Assembly (NCBI GenBank): GCA_002328415.1
Contig: DCXL01000004.1
Location: 32,311-96,310, forward strand
Source: Micavibrio sp. UBA2137
GTDB taxonomy: Bacteria; Pseudomonadota; Alphaproteobacteria; Micavibrionales; Micavibrionaceae
Direction of reading: 5' to 3'
Length of the DNA: 64,000 nucleotides
Shown: one piece after another, positions 1 through 8,661 of the stretch
Numbering within the stretch: position 1 is the first letter of the stretch
Layout of the letters: the number at the start of each line of letters is the position of its first letter
Notes under the pieces: generated by a model
Database searches by the model: none
What the model was told of the DNA's origin: nothing
Seen by the model: the letters and a program-made list of their open reading frames with translations, nothing else
Program-made: the position numbers and the translations under genes

Positions 1-290
1 TTCAAAGCTGTTTGCCCACCCATGGTTGGCAGGATGGCGTCTGGTTTTTCACGCTCCAAAATTTTGGCAACGACGTCAGGCGTAATCGGCTCAATATAGG
101 TCGCATCCGCCAGTTCCGGGTCTGTCATAATGGTCGCAGGATTGGAGTTGACTAGGATGATACGGTAGCCTTCCTCCTTCAGTGCCTTACAGGCCTGTGC
201 CCCCGAATAGTCAAATTCGCACGCCTGCCCTATAATGATGGGGCCTGCGCCAATAATACAAATGGATTTGATGTCGGTTCTTTTAGGCAT
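1..290 (-). CDS. carB: Carbamoyl-phosphate synthase large subunit, N-terminal fragment (continues past the window edge)
   Basis: Minus-strand ATG at 288-290 preceded by GAGGA. Translation [68 protein letters not shown]... is the conserved CarB N-terminus. It is absent from the ORF track because it is truncated by the window edge. Confidence 0.9.
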   Translation of the reverse strand, partial: MPKRTDIKSICIIGAGPIIIGQACEFDYSGAQACKALKEEGYRIILVNSNPATIMTDPELADATYIEPITPDVVAKILEREKPDAILPTMGGQTAL

Positions 291-308
291 GTTTTTCCTC
301 TTACTACC

Positions 309-923
309 TTACGCGTTTGCTTTCTCAAATGTGTCAGTTTGGTCGTTATATTCAAGGATGGCGCCTGCCTCCATATCAAAGAGCCACCCTTTAATCTCTA
401 TCTCGCGCTCCGCAGATGCCTTTGCGACAGAGGGGTATTTTTTCAAGTTTTGAATGCTCTCAAGCACGATTTGTTGTTCGGCAACGCGGTGAAACTCAAG
501 GTCGGTTTCGCCATGCGTGCAAATCTCGCGTGCGTGTGTCACACCTTCCTTGGCAACATTGATGAAGCTGGCAATTTCATCATCATCGATATTATTGATG
601 AGTGCATTGACCGCACCGCAATGCGTGTGCCCCATCACAATAATTTTTTTGACGTTCTGGTAATGCAGTGCAAATTGAAGTGCAGCCGCCAAGGCCGTTC
701 CCTGTTGGTAAGGACGGACAATCGCACCCATCGCCTTATGGGCAAAAAAAGTCCCCGGTTTGGGGTCAAAAATTGTGCCGGGGTTTGCGCGTGAATCAAT
801 ACAGCTAATGATAAAATAATCAGGATCCTGCCCATCCTCGAGCAGTTGTGCCATAAGTTCCGGCTGGTCGCGATAGACGCGGTTGCGGAAGCGGTCAAAC
901 CCTTTCAGCAAATCCTTTGGCAT
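309..923 (-). CDS. Beta-class carbonic anhydrase
   Basis: 204 aa with the zinc-ligand motifs CIDSR and HTHCG typical of beta-CA. AAGGAG RBS lies 9 nt after the carA stop, and the gene ends 18 nt before the carB start. Confidence 0.85.
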   Translation of the reverse strand: MPKDLLKGFDRFRNRVYRDQPELMAQLLEDGQDPDYFIISCIDSRANPGTIFDPKPGTFFAHKAMGAIVRPYQQGTALAAALQFALHYQNVKKIIVMGHTHCGAVNALINNIDDDEIASFINVAKEGVTHAREICTHGETDLEFHRVAEQQIVLESIQNLKKYPSVAKASAEREIEIKGWLFDMEAGAILEYNDQTDTFEKANA

Positions 924-932
924 GATTTCTCC

Positions 933-2129
933 TTATGCACTTTTCTTTGTTTTCGTTGTTGTATCTTGGGTCTCACGTATCATTTCGATGAAGCGGTCAA
1001 ACAGATAATGACTGTCCTGTGGTCCGGGGGAGGCCTCGGGATGGTGTTGCACAGAAAAGGCGGGCTTGTCCTTAACCCGAATACCCTCGTTACTCTCATC
1101 AAAAAGAGACACATGTGTAATTTCTACATTATCAGGAAGTGTGTCCTCAATAACTTCAAAGCCATGATTTTGAGATGTAATTTCAACTTTGCCAGTTTGC
1201 AAATCCTTGACAGGGTGGTTGGCACCGCGGTGACCAAGTCCCATTTTGCGTGTTTTGCCACCAAGGGCAAGTGTGAGCATCTGATGCCCCAAACATATCC
1301 CAAACAAAGGCATATCGGCTTCTAGCAATTCTTTAATCACTGGCACAGCGTATGCACCAGTGGCCGCAGGATCGCCCGGACCGTTAGAGAGAAAGACACC
1401 ATCGGGCTTGAGCTTCATAATATCTTGAGTGGACGTTTTACCAGAGACAACGGTGACTTTTGCCCCCGTATTAGCCAGACAACGCAGGATGTTACGCTTG
1501 GCGCCATAATCAATGGCAACTATATGCAGGTCGCGAGCCTCGCTCTTACCATATCCTGTGCCAAGCGCCCAAACCGTCTCATCCCAGTTATAGTCATTGT
1601 TGCACATAACCTCTTGTGCCAAATCAGCGCCTTCAAGTCCGCTCCATTTTTGAAGCTGGGCGAAGAGTTTATCCAGATCAAATTTGCCTTTGTAATTGAC
1701 ACAAAGCAGCCCGTTTGGCGCGCCACCATCACGAATTTTCTGGGTGAGTGCGCGCGTATCAACGCCTGTGATACCAGGCAAATCATGGTCCTTCAGCCAC
1801 GCATCCAAATGTTTTGTCGAACGCCAGTTGGAGGGGTCGGTGATACGCTCGCGCAGGACAAGGCCGCAACAAGCGGGATCGAGCGTTTCAATGTCTTCGG
1901 CATTTGTGCCGACATTGCCAATATGGGGAAAGGTAAATGTAATAATCTGGCGGGCATATGAGGGGTCGGTCAGGATTTCCTGATACCCTGTCATAGAGGT
2001 GTTAAAACAGACCTCGCCAATTTTGGTGGTTTCAGCGCCAATGCCGTATCCCCAGATGAGTGTGCCATCGTTTAACAATAAACAGGCTGTCGCATTTTTA
2101 GGCTTTTGTGAGGAAGAAAAATCAGGCAT
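933..2129 (-). CDS. carA: Carbamoyl-phosphate synthase small (glutamine amidotransferase) subunit
   Basis: 398 aa. CPSase small-chain N-domain (EVCFNTSMTGYQEILTDPSY) plus a class I GATase with GICLGHQ and the HHPE catalytic region. Confidence 0.95.
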   Translation of the reverse strand: MPDFSSSQKPKNATACLLLNDGTLIWGYGIGAETTKIGEVCFNTSMTGYQEILTDPSYARQIITFTFPHIGNVGTNAEDIETLDPACCGLVLRERITDPSNWRSTKHLDAWLKDHDLPGITGVDTRALTQKIRDGGAPNGLLCVNYKGKFDLDKLFAQLQKWSGLEGADLAQEVMCNNDYNWDETVWALGTGYGKSEARDLHIVAIDYGAKRNILRCLANTGAKVTVVSGKTSTQDIMKLKPDGVFLSNGPGDPAATGAYAVPVIKELLEADMPLFGICLGHQMLTLALGGKTRKMGLGHRGANHPVKDLQTGKVEITSQNHGFEVIEDTLPDNVEITHVSLFDESNEGIRVKDKPAFSVQHHPEASPGPQDSHYLFDRFIEMIRETQDTTTKTKKSA

Positions 2130-2215
2130 ATTCCAGTCGCTTTTTTAAATCGTGTTTACTTTGAGCACTGGAAGCCTATTTTAATAGTGAAAAATACAAA
2201 GAAAGAAAAGGAAAA

Positions 2216-2677
2216 ATGTCAGAAAAACGCACAGAAATTAACACTGCAATGAAGCAAGCCTTGAAAGATAAGGATAATTTGCGTTTGTCCACAATCCGCC
2301 TAATTAATGCGGCGATTAAAGATCGTGATATTGCGGCCCGTTCCAACGGAAATGCAGAGGGGATTTCAGATGATGAGATTCTTGCGCTTCTTCAATTCAT
2401 GATTAAACAGCGTAACGAATCGATAAAGATGTATCAGGATGCCAATCGCGCCGAACTGGCTGCGCAGGAGCAAAATGAGATTGAAGTGATTCAGACATTT
2501 CTGCCAGCCCAACTTTCTGATGAAGAAACATCAAAGGCCGTGGAAGAGGCGATTACCGAAACGGGCGCAGAGAGCATTAAAGATATGGGTAAAGTCATGG
2601 GTGTTCTCAAATCCAAATATGCAGGACAGCTGGACATGGCAAAGGTCGGCCCCGCCGTTAAAGCAAAATTGGGCTAA
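2216..2677 (+). CDS. GatB/YqeY domain protein
   Basis: 153 aa; the pattern AMKQALKDKD..LRLSTIRLINAAIKD...EIEVIQTFLP...MGKVMG is typical of the YqeY family. Confidence 0.8.
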   Translation: MSEKRTEINTAMKQALKDKDNLRLSTIRLINAAIKDRDIAARSNGNAEGISDDEILALLQFMIKQRNESIKMYQDANRAELAAQEQNEIEVIQTFLPAQLSDEETSKAVEEAITETGAESIKDMGKVMGVLKSKYAGQLDMAKVGPAVKAKLG

Positions 2678-2745
2678 ATAGTCTTGACCTCAGCGCTATA
2701 AGTGATTGCTCTTTGAACCTTATATTTGCTATGACTTAAACCATA

Positions 2746-4590
2746 ATGAGTTTATCTCCGCGTTTTTTAGATGAATTGCGCTCACGCGTGACATTGTCCG
2801 ATATTGTCGGACAATCCGTGCGCCTGACCCGTGCGGGTCGCGAATATAAGGGGTGTTGCCCCTTTCATAAGGAAAAAACGCCAAGTTTCACCGTTAATAA
2901 TGACAAGCAATTCTATCACTGCTTTGGGTGTGGCGCGCATGGAGATGCCATTGGCTTCCTGATGCAGGATAAGGGGCAGTCCTTTATCGAGGCCGTTGAA
3001 AATTTGGCCGCACGTGCGGGCATGGAAGTACCCAAGGCCACGCCGCAAGAACGACAGAAAGAAGAAAAGCGTAAGGGCTTGCACCAGCTGATGGATGCGG
3101 CAACCGTTTTTATGCAAGACCAGCTTGAAAGTCCCGAGAACAGGGATGTCATGACCTACATGACAGGACGTGGCTTTAGCGCAGATATTTTAAGCGCCTT
3201 CCGTGTTGGATATGCGCCAGCCGATGGTCAGGCCATCCGTAAATATCTTAAGGCGGAGGGGTTTGATGATGCGCAAATGATTGAGGCAGGTGTTTTGCGT
3301 ACCTCGCAAAAAGGTGGTGAGCCTTATGCCTTTTTCCGTGACCGCGTTATGTTTCCAGTGACAGATAAGCGCGGACGCGTGGTGGCCTTTGGCGGGCGTA
3401 TTCTGCCCGAAAATATTCGCCCACCTGCACAAGGTGATTTTACACCGCCCAAATATATCAACTCGTCTGATACAGCGCTCTTTCATAAGGGGCGTATGTT
3501 GTACGGAGAGGCACTAGCGCGGCAAGCCGCATATGAGGGGCACACAATTCTTGTCGTTGAAGGGTATCTGGATGTGATGGCCTGTTATCAGGCAGGCATT
3601 CGCGGTGCGGTTGCGCCGCTGGGTACAGCGCTCACCGAGGACCAGATCGCAAGCCTATGGACGATGGGGCATCTGGATGAAGAGAAAAATCCTGTTCTGT
3701 GTTTTGATGGTGATAATGCAGGACGTCGTGCCGCGGCGCGCGCTGTTGAACGTATCTTGCCGTTACTAAAACCTGGTAAATCTGTGCGACTAGCGTTTCT
3801 GCCAGAGGGCGAAGACCCTGATACCTATATCAAGAATAAAGGGCGCGATGGCTTCGTCCAGATTTTGAAAACGGCCATTCCCTTACACCGCTTTATCTGG
3901 GAAGAACAAACAGAAGGGCGTGATTTCTCAACCCCTGAATCGCGTGCCGGACTTGCGGAAACACTCGAAAAAATTGCGACACAAATTGGTGACCGCGCTG
4001 TTCAGAATTATTACAGACAAGCCTTCCGTGACAAGCTTTGGGAGGCGTTTCGCTACAGTACGAAGCAAAAATCAGGTGGGCGTGGCGGTGCGAGCCAACC
4101 AAATATCGCGCTTAAGAAGCCCGTGGCGGGCCAACATAAAAACGCCGTACGACTGGAGCGCATCCTTGCAACGCTTATCAACCACCCCGCACAGATTTTA
4201 GAGTTTGAAGAGCAGCTCTCTGTCTTGAACGAAGGAGCCGAAAATTATCTAGAGCTACTTCATGAGATGATGGAGTTCGCGGGCGAGGTTTCAGAAAAAG
4301 ACCTTGACACGAGGAACCTAAAAGACCATTTAAATGCAAATGGTTACGGGCAGCTTCTTGAAGCGTTGTCTAAAGAAACTATGTATATTCATGCGCCTTA
4401 TGCACGACCAAAATGCGAGGCACATGATGTGGCAGAGGGATTACAGGATTTATTTGATCGGATGGCAGAAGAAAGACTTCTGGCCGAGGTCGGACAGGCA
4501 GGGCGCAAGATGAGCGCCGAGTTTGGAGAAGATGCGCAGGAAAGATTGCTTGAAATGCGCAAATTGCTTGGCGGTGGGTCGTCAAGCTAA
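2746..4590 (+). CDS. dnaG: DNA primase
   Basis: 614 aa. Zinc-ribbon CPFHKEKTPSFTV...YHCFGCGAHGD, Toprim region EGYLDV...FDGDNAGRRAA, and the classic dnaG-rpoD arrangement. Confidence 0.95.
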   Translation: MSLSPRFLDELRSRVTLSDIVGQSVRLTRAGREYKGCCPFHKEKTPSFTVNNDKQFYHCFGCGAHGDAIGFLMQDKGQSFIEAVENLAARAGMEVPKATPQERQKEEKRKGLHQLMDAATVFMQDQLESPENRDVMTYMTGRGFSADILSAFRVGYAPADGQAIRKYLKAEGFDDAQMIEAGVLRTSQKGGEPYAFFRDRVMFPVTDKRGRVVAFGGRILPENIRPPAQGDFTPPKYINSSDTALFHKGRMLYGEALARQAAYEGHTILVVEGYLDVMACYQAGIRGAVAPLGTALTEDQIASLWTMGHLDEEKNPVLCFDGDNAGRRAAARAVERILPLLKPGKSVRLAFLPEGEDPDTYIKNKGRDGFVQILKTAIPLHRFIWEEQTEGRDFSTPESRAGLAETLEKIATQIGDRAVQNYYRQAFRDKLWEAFRYSTKQKSGGRGGASQPNIALKKPVAGQHKNAVRLERILATLINHPAQILEFEEQLSVLNEGAENYLELLHEMMEFAGEVSEKDLDTRNLKDHLNANGYGQLLEALSKETMYIHAPYARPKCEAHDVAEGLQDLFDRMAEERLLAEVGQAGRKMSAEFGEDAQERLLEMRKLLGGGSSS

Positions 4591-4779
4591 GTTCGAGATA
4601 TCTCTCTGACAAAACAGCATAAATATTAGCAACGATAAGGCGCGATATTATATGCGTGTGGGGTTTCCTTTTATGGTGATTCGCCATACATTTATGGGTG
4701 ATTCTTTGCCAAAGTGATTCGTTTGAGACGGATAGCAAGGCGAGGTTGTGAAGATTTAGCAGGACAGATAAGACGATTT

Positions 4780-6810
4780 ATGGCAAAAAAAGACGATAAA
4801 ACAAACAAAGATAAAGATGATGATGCTAAGGTAAAAAAGCCTACGGGTTCGTTTAAAGCTGTCATCAAGAAATTGCTTTCGGAAGGCAAAAAGCGCGGCT
4901 ACATCACCTATGATGAAGTGAACGAGGCTTTGCCAACGGATGACTTCTCCTCTGAACAGATTGAGGATGCGATGTCTGCTATCTCTGATATGGGAATCCA
5001 AATGGTGGAATCTCAAGATGATTATGATGAAGATGAAGGCAATGATGGCGACGATGGTGAGAAATACGAAAAAAGCGGAAATATAAAATCTGACGATACA
5101 GGTCGTACAGATGACCCTGTGCGCATGTATTTGCGCGAAATGGGAACGGTTGAATTGCTCTCACGTGAGGGCGAGGTCGCCATTGCCAAACGTATTGAGG
5201 CTGGCCGTGAGATGATGATTGGTGGGATTTGTGAATCTCCACTGGCCATTGAATCGATGATTGCCTGGTACGAAGCGCTTGAAAAAGAAGATATCTTGCT
5301 ACGTGATGTTATTGACTTGGATGCCACTTTTGCTGAAACCCATGGCGTGACCTATGCCACAAAGGCAGATGATGAGAAAAAAGAGGCCGAGGCAAAGGAA
5401 AAAGAAAAGCAGAAAGAAAAGGCCGCTAAGGAGGCTTCTAAAAAGACTGCTAAATCCGCCAAGAACGATGATGATGAAGATGAGGACCAAACAGAAGGTA
5501 GTGGTGAGGATGAGGATGATGATGAGGACGAGGATGATGTCCAGCTCTCTTTGACTGCCAAAGAATCTGAACTGTTCCCGATTGTCATGGAATTGTTCAA
5601 GGACATTCAGAAAACTTATAAGAAAATGCAGAAGGTCCAGCAAACGCGTCTGGATGCTATCCAGCACGGGAAAGACCCTGATAAAAAGACCAATGAGAAA
5701 TATCTCGCCCTGAAAAAGGAAATGGTTGATCACATGAATTCAGTTCATTTGAACAATTCACGTATTGAACAGTTGGTCGAGCGTCTTTACACAATGAACC
5801 GTGACTTGGTTGCCATTGAAGGACGTATCATGCGCCTTGCCCTTAATCACAAGGTTAAGCGCGATGAATTTCTTGAAACATATCACGGTTCTGAACTTGA
5901 CCCGAACTGGATTAAGGATGTTGCCAAGCTGAAAGGTAAGGGCTGGAAAGAGTTTGCCGAGGCCGAGGGTGAGAGCGTTAATCAGTTGAAGGACCAGATT
6001 GCTGCTATTGCCGATGAAGCCATGCTACCGATTAGAGAGTTTCGCCGTATTGTTCATACTGTACAAAAGGGTGAGCGCGAGGCCGCACGTGCGAAGAAGG
6101 AGATGGTTGAGGCCAACTTGCGCCTTGTAATTTCGATTGCCAAGAAATACACCAACCGTGGACTACAATTCCTTGACCTTATTCAGGAGGGAAATATTGG
6201 CCTGATGAAGGCGGTTGATAAATTTGAATATCGCCGAGGATACAAATTCTCAACCTATGCCACATGGTGGATCAGACAGGCCATTACACGTTCTATTGCC
6301 GACCAGGCGCGCACCATTCGTATCCCTGTGCACATGATTGAGACAATTAACAAGATTGTCCGCACAAGTCGCCAAATGATCCACGAGATCGGTCGCGAGC
6401 CAACACCAGAGGAATTGGCCGAACGCCTGCATATGCCACTTGAGAAGGTGCGTAAGGTGCTCAAAATTGCCAAAGAGCCTGTTTCCCTTGAAACACCAGT
6501 GGGTGATGAGGAGGATTCAAATCTGGGTGATTTCATTGAGGATGCAAATGCTATCCTGCCGATTGAATCAGCCGTGCATTCAAACTTGCGTGAGACAACA
6601 ACGCGTGTTCTTGCCTCCCTTACACCGCGTGAGGAACGCGTGCTTCGCATGCGCTTTGGTATCGGTATGAATACAGACCATACGTTGGAAGAGGTCGGGC
6701 AACAATTTAACGTGACGCGCGAGCGTATTCGTCAGATTGAAGCCAAGGCTTTGCGCAAGCTGAAGCATCCAACGCGTTCTAAAAAATTGCGCAGTTTCCT
6801 TGATACTTAA
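4780..6810 (+). CDS. rpoD: RNA polymerase primary sigma factor (sigma-70), with a long acidic non-conserved insert
   Basis: Region 2 ([35 protein letters not shown]), region 3 and region 4 ([18 protein letters not shown]) are all present. The ATG at 4780 (MAKKDDK...) is preferred over the GTG at 4714 used by the ORF track. Confidence 0.95.
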   Translation: MAKKDDKTNKDKDDDAKVKKPTGSFKAVIKKLLSEGKKRGYITYDEVNEALPTDDFSSEQIEDAMSAISDMGIQMVESQDDYDEDEGNDGDDGEKYEKSGNIKSDDTGRTDDPVRMYLREMGTVELLSREGEVAIAKRIEAGREMMIGGICESPLAIESMIAWYEALEKEDILLRDVIDLDATFAETHGVTYATKADDEKKEAEAKEKEKQKEKAAKEASKKTAKSAKNDDDEDEDQTEGSGEDEDDDEDEDDVQLSLTAKESELFPIVMELFKDIQKTYKKMQKVQQTRLDAIQHGKDPDKKTNEKYLALKKEMVDHMNSVHLNNSRIEQLVERLYTMNRDLVAIEGRIMRLALNHKVKRDEFLETYHGSELDPNWIKDVAKLKGKGWKEFAEAEGESVNQLKDQIAAIADEAMLPIREFRRIVHTVQKGEREAARAKKEMVEANLRLVISIAKKYTNRGLQFLDLIQEGNIGLMKAVDKFEYRRGYKFSTYATWWIRQAITRSIADQARTIRIPVHMIETINKIVRTSRQMIHEIGREPTPEELAERLHMPLEKVRKVLKIAKEPVSLETPVGDEEDSNLGDFIEDANAILPIESAVHSNLRETTTRVLASLTPREERVLRMRFGIGMNTDHTLEEVGQQFNVTRERIRQIEAKALRKLKHPTRSKKLRSFLDT

Positions 6811-6849
6811 GGATCGATACTTAGGATAAGGCTTAAATAGGACAAACAA

Positions 6850-6880
6850 AAAACCCGCGCTCAAATTGAGGCGGGTTTTT
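6850..6880. terminator. Rho-independent terminator between convergent genes (rpoD and 6910-7377)
   Basis: GC-rich hairpin aaaacccgc...gcgggtttt followed by a T-run. The A-run on the left gives a T-run on the opposite strand. Confidence 0.6.
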
Positions 6881-6909
6881 GCTTGCGGCTTGTGCCGTAA
6901 TTTCTGAGT

Positions 6910-7377
6910 TTATTCTGCGTCAATCTCATATTCCATCTCGCCCTGACGCACACTTGGAATAATTTGACCGTTATCGTCTGTCCCAAGCTCGTCTTGAACC
7001 TGCATTTCCTTGGCCACTGGTGCGTCATCGCTAACAATGACATCCGTATCCGCTTCGACTGCATTTTCAAGCTGGCTTATGGCATCAGCACTCTCAGGTT
7101 GAGCGCTCATAGGCATGTTATTATTTTCTTGTTCTGCCTGAGCAAGAATATCCGAAAGCTGTGTGTAAGAGCCATCGCCTGCAGAAGGCCTCAATTCAGA
7201 CATTATAACTTTATTTTTCATGATGATATCATTGTTTGCACTTTGACGTTCGATGGTAGTGACATTTGTTTGCGGGTTTGTTTCAACTCTTGTTTCCATG
7301 GCTTGTGCACCGTGAAAAGTTAAGAGCGATAATGTGGCAACTGTTCCAAGAGCGAGCATTTTCTTAGTGTAAGACAT
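6910..7377 (-). CDS. Hypothetical secreted acidic protein
   Basis: 155 aa. Signal peptide MSYTKKMLALGTVATLSLLTFHGAQA, AAGGAG RBS, acidic mature part, no recognisable domain. Confidence 0.5.
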   Translation of the reverse strand: MSYTKKMLALGTVATLSLLTFHGAQAMETRVETNPQTNVTTIERQSANNDIIMKNKVIMSELRPSAGDGSYTQLSDILAQAEQENNNMPMSAQPESADAISQLENAVEADTDVIVSDDAPVAKEMQVQDELGTDDNGQIIPSVRQGEMEYEIDAE

Positions 7378-7389
7378 AGTAAATTCTCC

Positions 7390-7542
7390 TTAATGTGATG
7401 TCGTAAAGGGTATAGAGCAGACTTTCGTGCAGCTGCTTGAAGCTTTGTCTGCAGAAGTTGCTACTGATGATGGCGCAAAGAAAATAAGCGCTGCAAGCAT
7501 CAGTGCAAAAAAGATATAAAATTTTTGATTTAGTATATTCAT
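7390..7542 (-). CDS. Possible small secreted peptide (50 aa)
   Basis: Hand-translated: MNILNQKFYIFFALMLAALIFFAPSSVATSADKASSSCTKVCSIPFTTSH. Signal-like N-terminus, and it ends 12 nt before the next gene. No clear RBS, and it is below the ORF-track size cut-off. Confidence 0.2.
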   Translation of the reverse strand: MNILNQKFYIFFALMLAALIFFAPSSVATSADKASSSCTKVCSIPFTTSH

Positions 7543-7680
7543 AATTTACAAACGCAAATTTTGAATTTTGGTTCGCACCGTTTTGAAACAGTTTTGTAAA
7601 ATTTTTGTTACGGACGAGGACTTTACGACTTAACAGGCGTTCGACGACCTGATATAGATGTGAATGAAACGACGTTTCAA

Positions 7681-7757
7681 GGGCCTGTAGCTCAGCTGGT
7701 TAGAGCAGTCCGCTCATAACGGATTGGTCGGGGGTTCGAATCCCTCCGGGCCCACCA
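7681..7757 (+). tRNA. tRNA with CAT anticodon (elongator Met or lysidine-modified Ile2)
   Basis: 77 nt cloverleaf: acceptor GGGCCTG/CGGGCCC, D-arm GCTC-AGCTGGTTA-GAGC, anticodon stem GTCCG/CGGAT with loop CTCATAA, T-arm GGGGG-TTCGAAT-CCCTC, encoded CCA. C4-G69 and C5-G68 resemble tRNA-Ile2. Not initiator-like: position 1-72 is paired and there is no GGG/CCC anticodon stem. Confidence 0.9.
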
Positions 7758-7779
7758 TTACCATTTAAATCATTGAATC

Positions 7780-8646
7780 TTAAGACGGGCCGCCCATAAC
7801 GGGAGCAGCTGGAGCTGCTTGGGGTGCGTTTGCGCCAAGTGTGTCGTTAATGCGGTCAAATATTTGGGCGTAGCCCGTGCCAGAAGGGTGTAGTCCGTCA
7901 GATGAGCGTGCAACGCCGTCTGTGGAGACAAATGTGATGCCGCGTTCGCCCAGTTCGCGCTCCAAGGCCCCTTCAAGAGCGTCTTGTGCACGGTTGTAGC
8001 TTCGTGCCATTTGCGGGCCAAAGGCCGCATTGCCATTATAACCACCTGCGTCCACTTCATTTGGTCCAAGAACAACAGGGACCCCACCATTGGCAACAAC
8101 TCGCTCTGCTATGTCTGCCAAGCGATCTGCATAGCGTTCGATAGCTTGTGAATTAGCGCCAGCCAAAGTAACCAGATCATTTGTGCCCATACTGATAATA
8201 ACAACATCGCCTTGAGACACATTTGGAATGTCAGGTGTATTTGATCCAATGCCTATACCGCGACCATTCACACCCTGATTGTCAATTGAGGCAGCACCAT
8301 TTAGATGTGCCCCAGCACCCTTTGCTATGGAGTCACCCCATAGAATAACATTCTGACCTTGCAGGCTAGGGATAGAAGAAGTTGCTGAGCTTGCGGTTGA
8401 TGATGAAGCAGATGCCACAGGGCCATTTTGAGTGCCTGCAGATAAGCCTGCTTGCTCAGGTGTGCCTTCGGCATGGAAGTTAAATAAATTTCCAAGTCCC
8501 AAACTTTGTAAAATGCTCTGAAGGGCAGATATAAGCGGCTGTGCAAGATCACCTAATTCGAAATTTTGTGACGCGCTAGAAAAGGCACTGCCAAGTTGTA
8601 CGGAAGTTTGAATGCTACCTCTATCTCTATTTCTCGTCTCAACCAT
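7780..8646 (-). CDS. SGNH/GDSL-family hydrolase (esterase/lipase), with a low-complexity N-terminal region
   Basis: 288 aa. Block I ILWGDSIAKG, block III MGTNDL, block V SDGLHPS (DxxH). The N-terminal ~95 aa are Ser/Ala/Gln-rich with no obvious signal peptide. Confidence 0.7.
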   Translation of the reverse strand: MVETRNRDRGSIQTSVQLGSAFSSASQNFELGDLAQPLISALQSILQSLGLGNLFNFHAEGTPEQAGLSAGTQNGPVASASSSTASSATSSIPSLQGQNVILWGDSIAKGAGAHLNGAASIDNQGVNGRGIGIGSNTPDIPNVSQGDVVIISMGTNDLVTLAGANSQAIERYADRLADIAERVVANGGVPVVLGPNEVDAGGYNGNAAFGPQMARSYNRAQDALEGALERELGERGITFVSTDGVARSSDGLHPSGTGYAQIFDRINDTLGANAPQAAPAAPVMGGPS

Positions 8647-8661
8647 GATTTATTTCTTTGA

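Noticed and set aside
4714-4779. GTG-initiated 22-codon N-terminal extension of rpoD in the ORF track
   Set aside because: The ATG at 4780 gives the typical MAKK... sigma-70 N-terminus. The extension ([21 protein letters not shown]) looks like translated leader sequence.
5299-5733. Antisense/shadow ORFs over the acidic insert of rpoD (5299-5733, 5352-5606, 5354-5554)
   Set aside because: These are low-complexity translations of GAT/GAG/AAG repeats on other frames, lying inside a confidently called gene.
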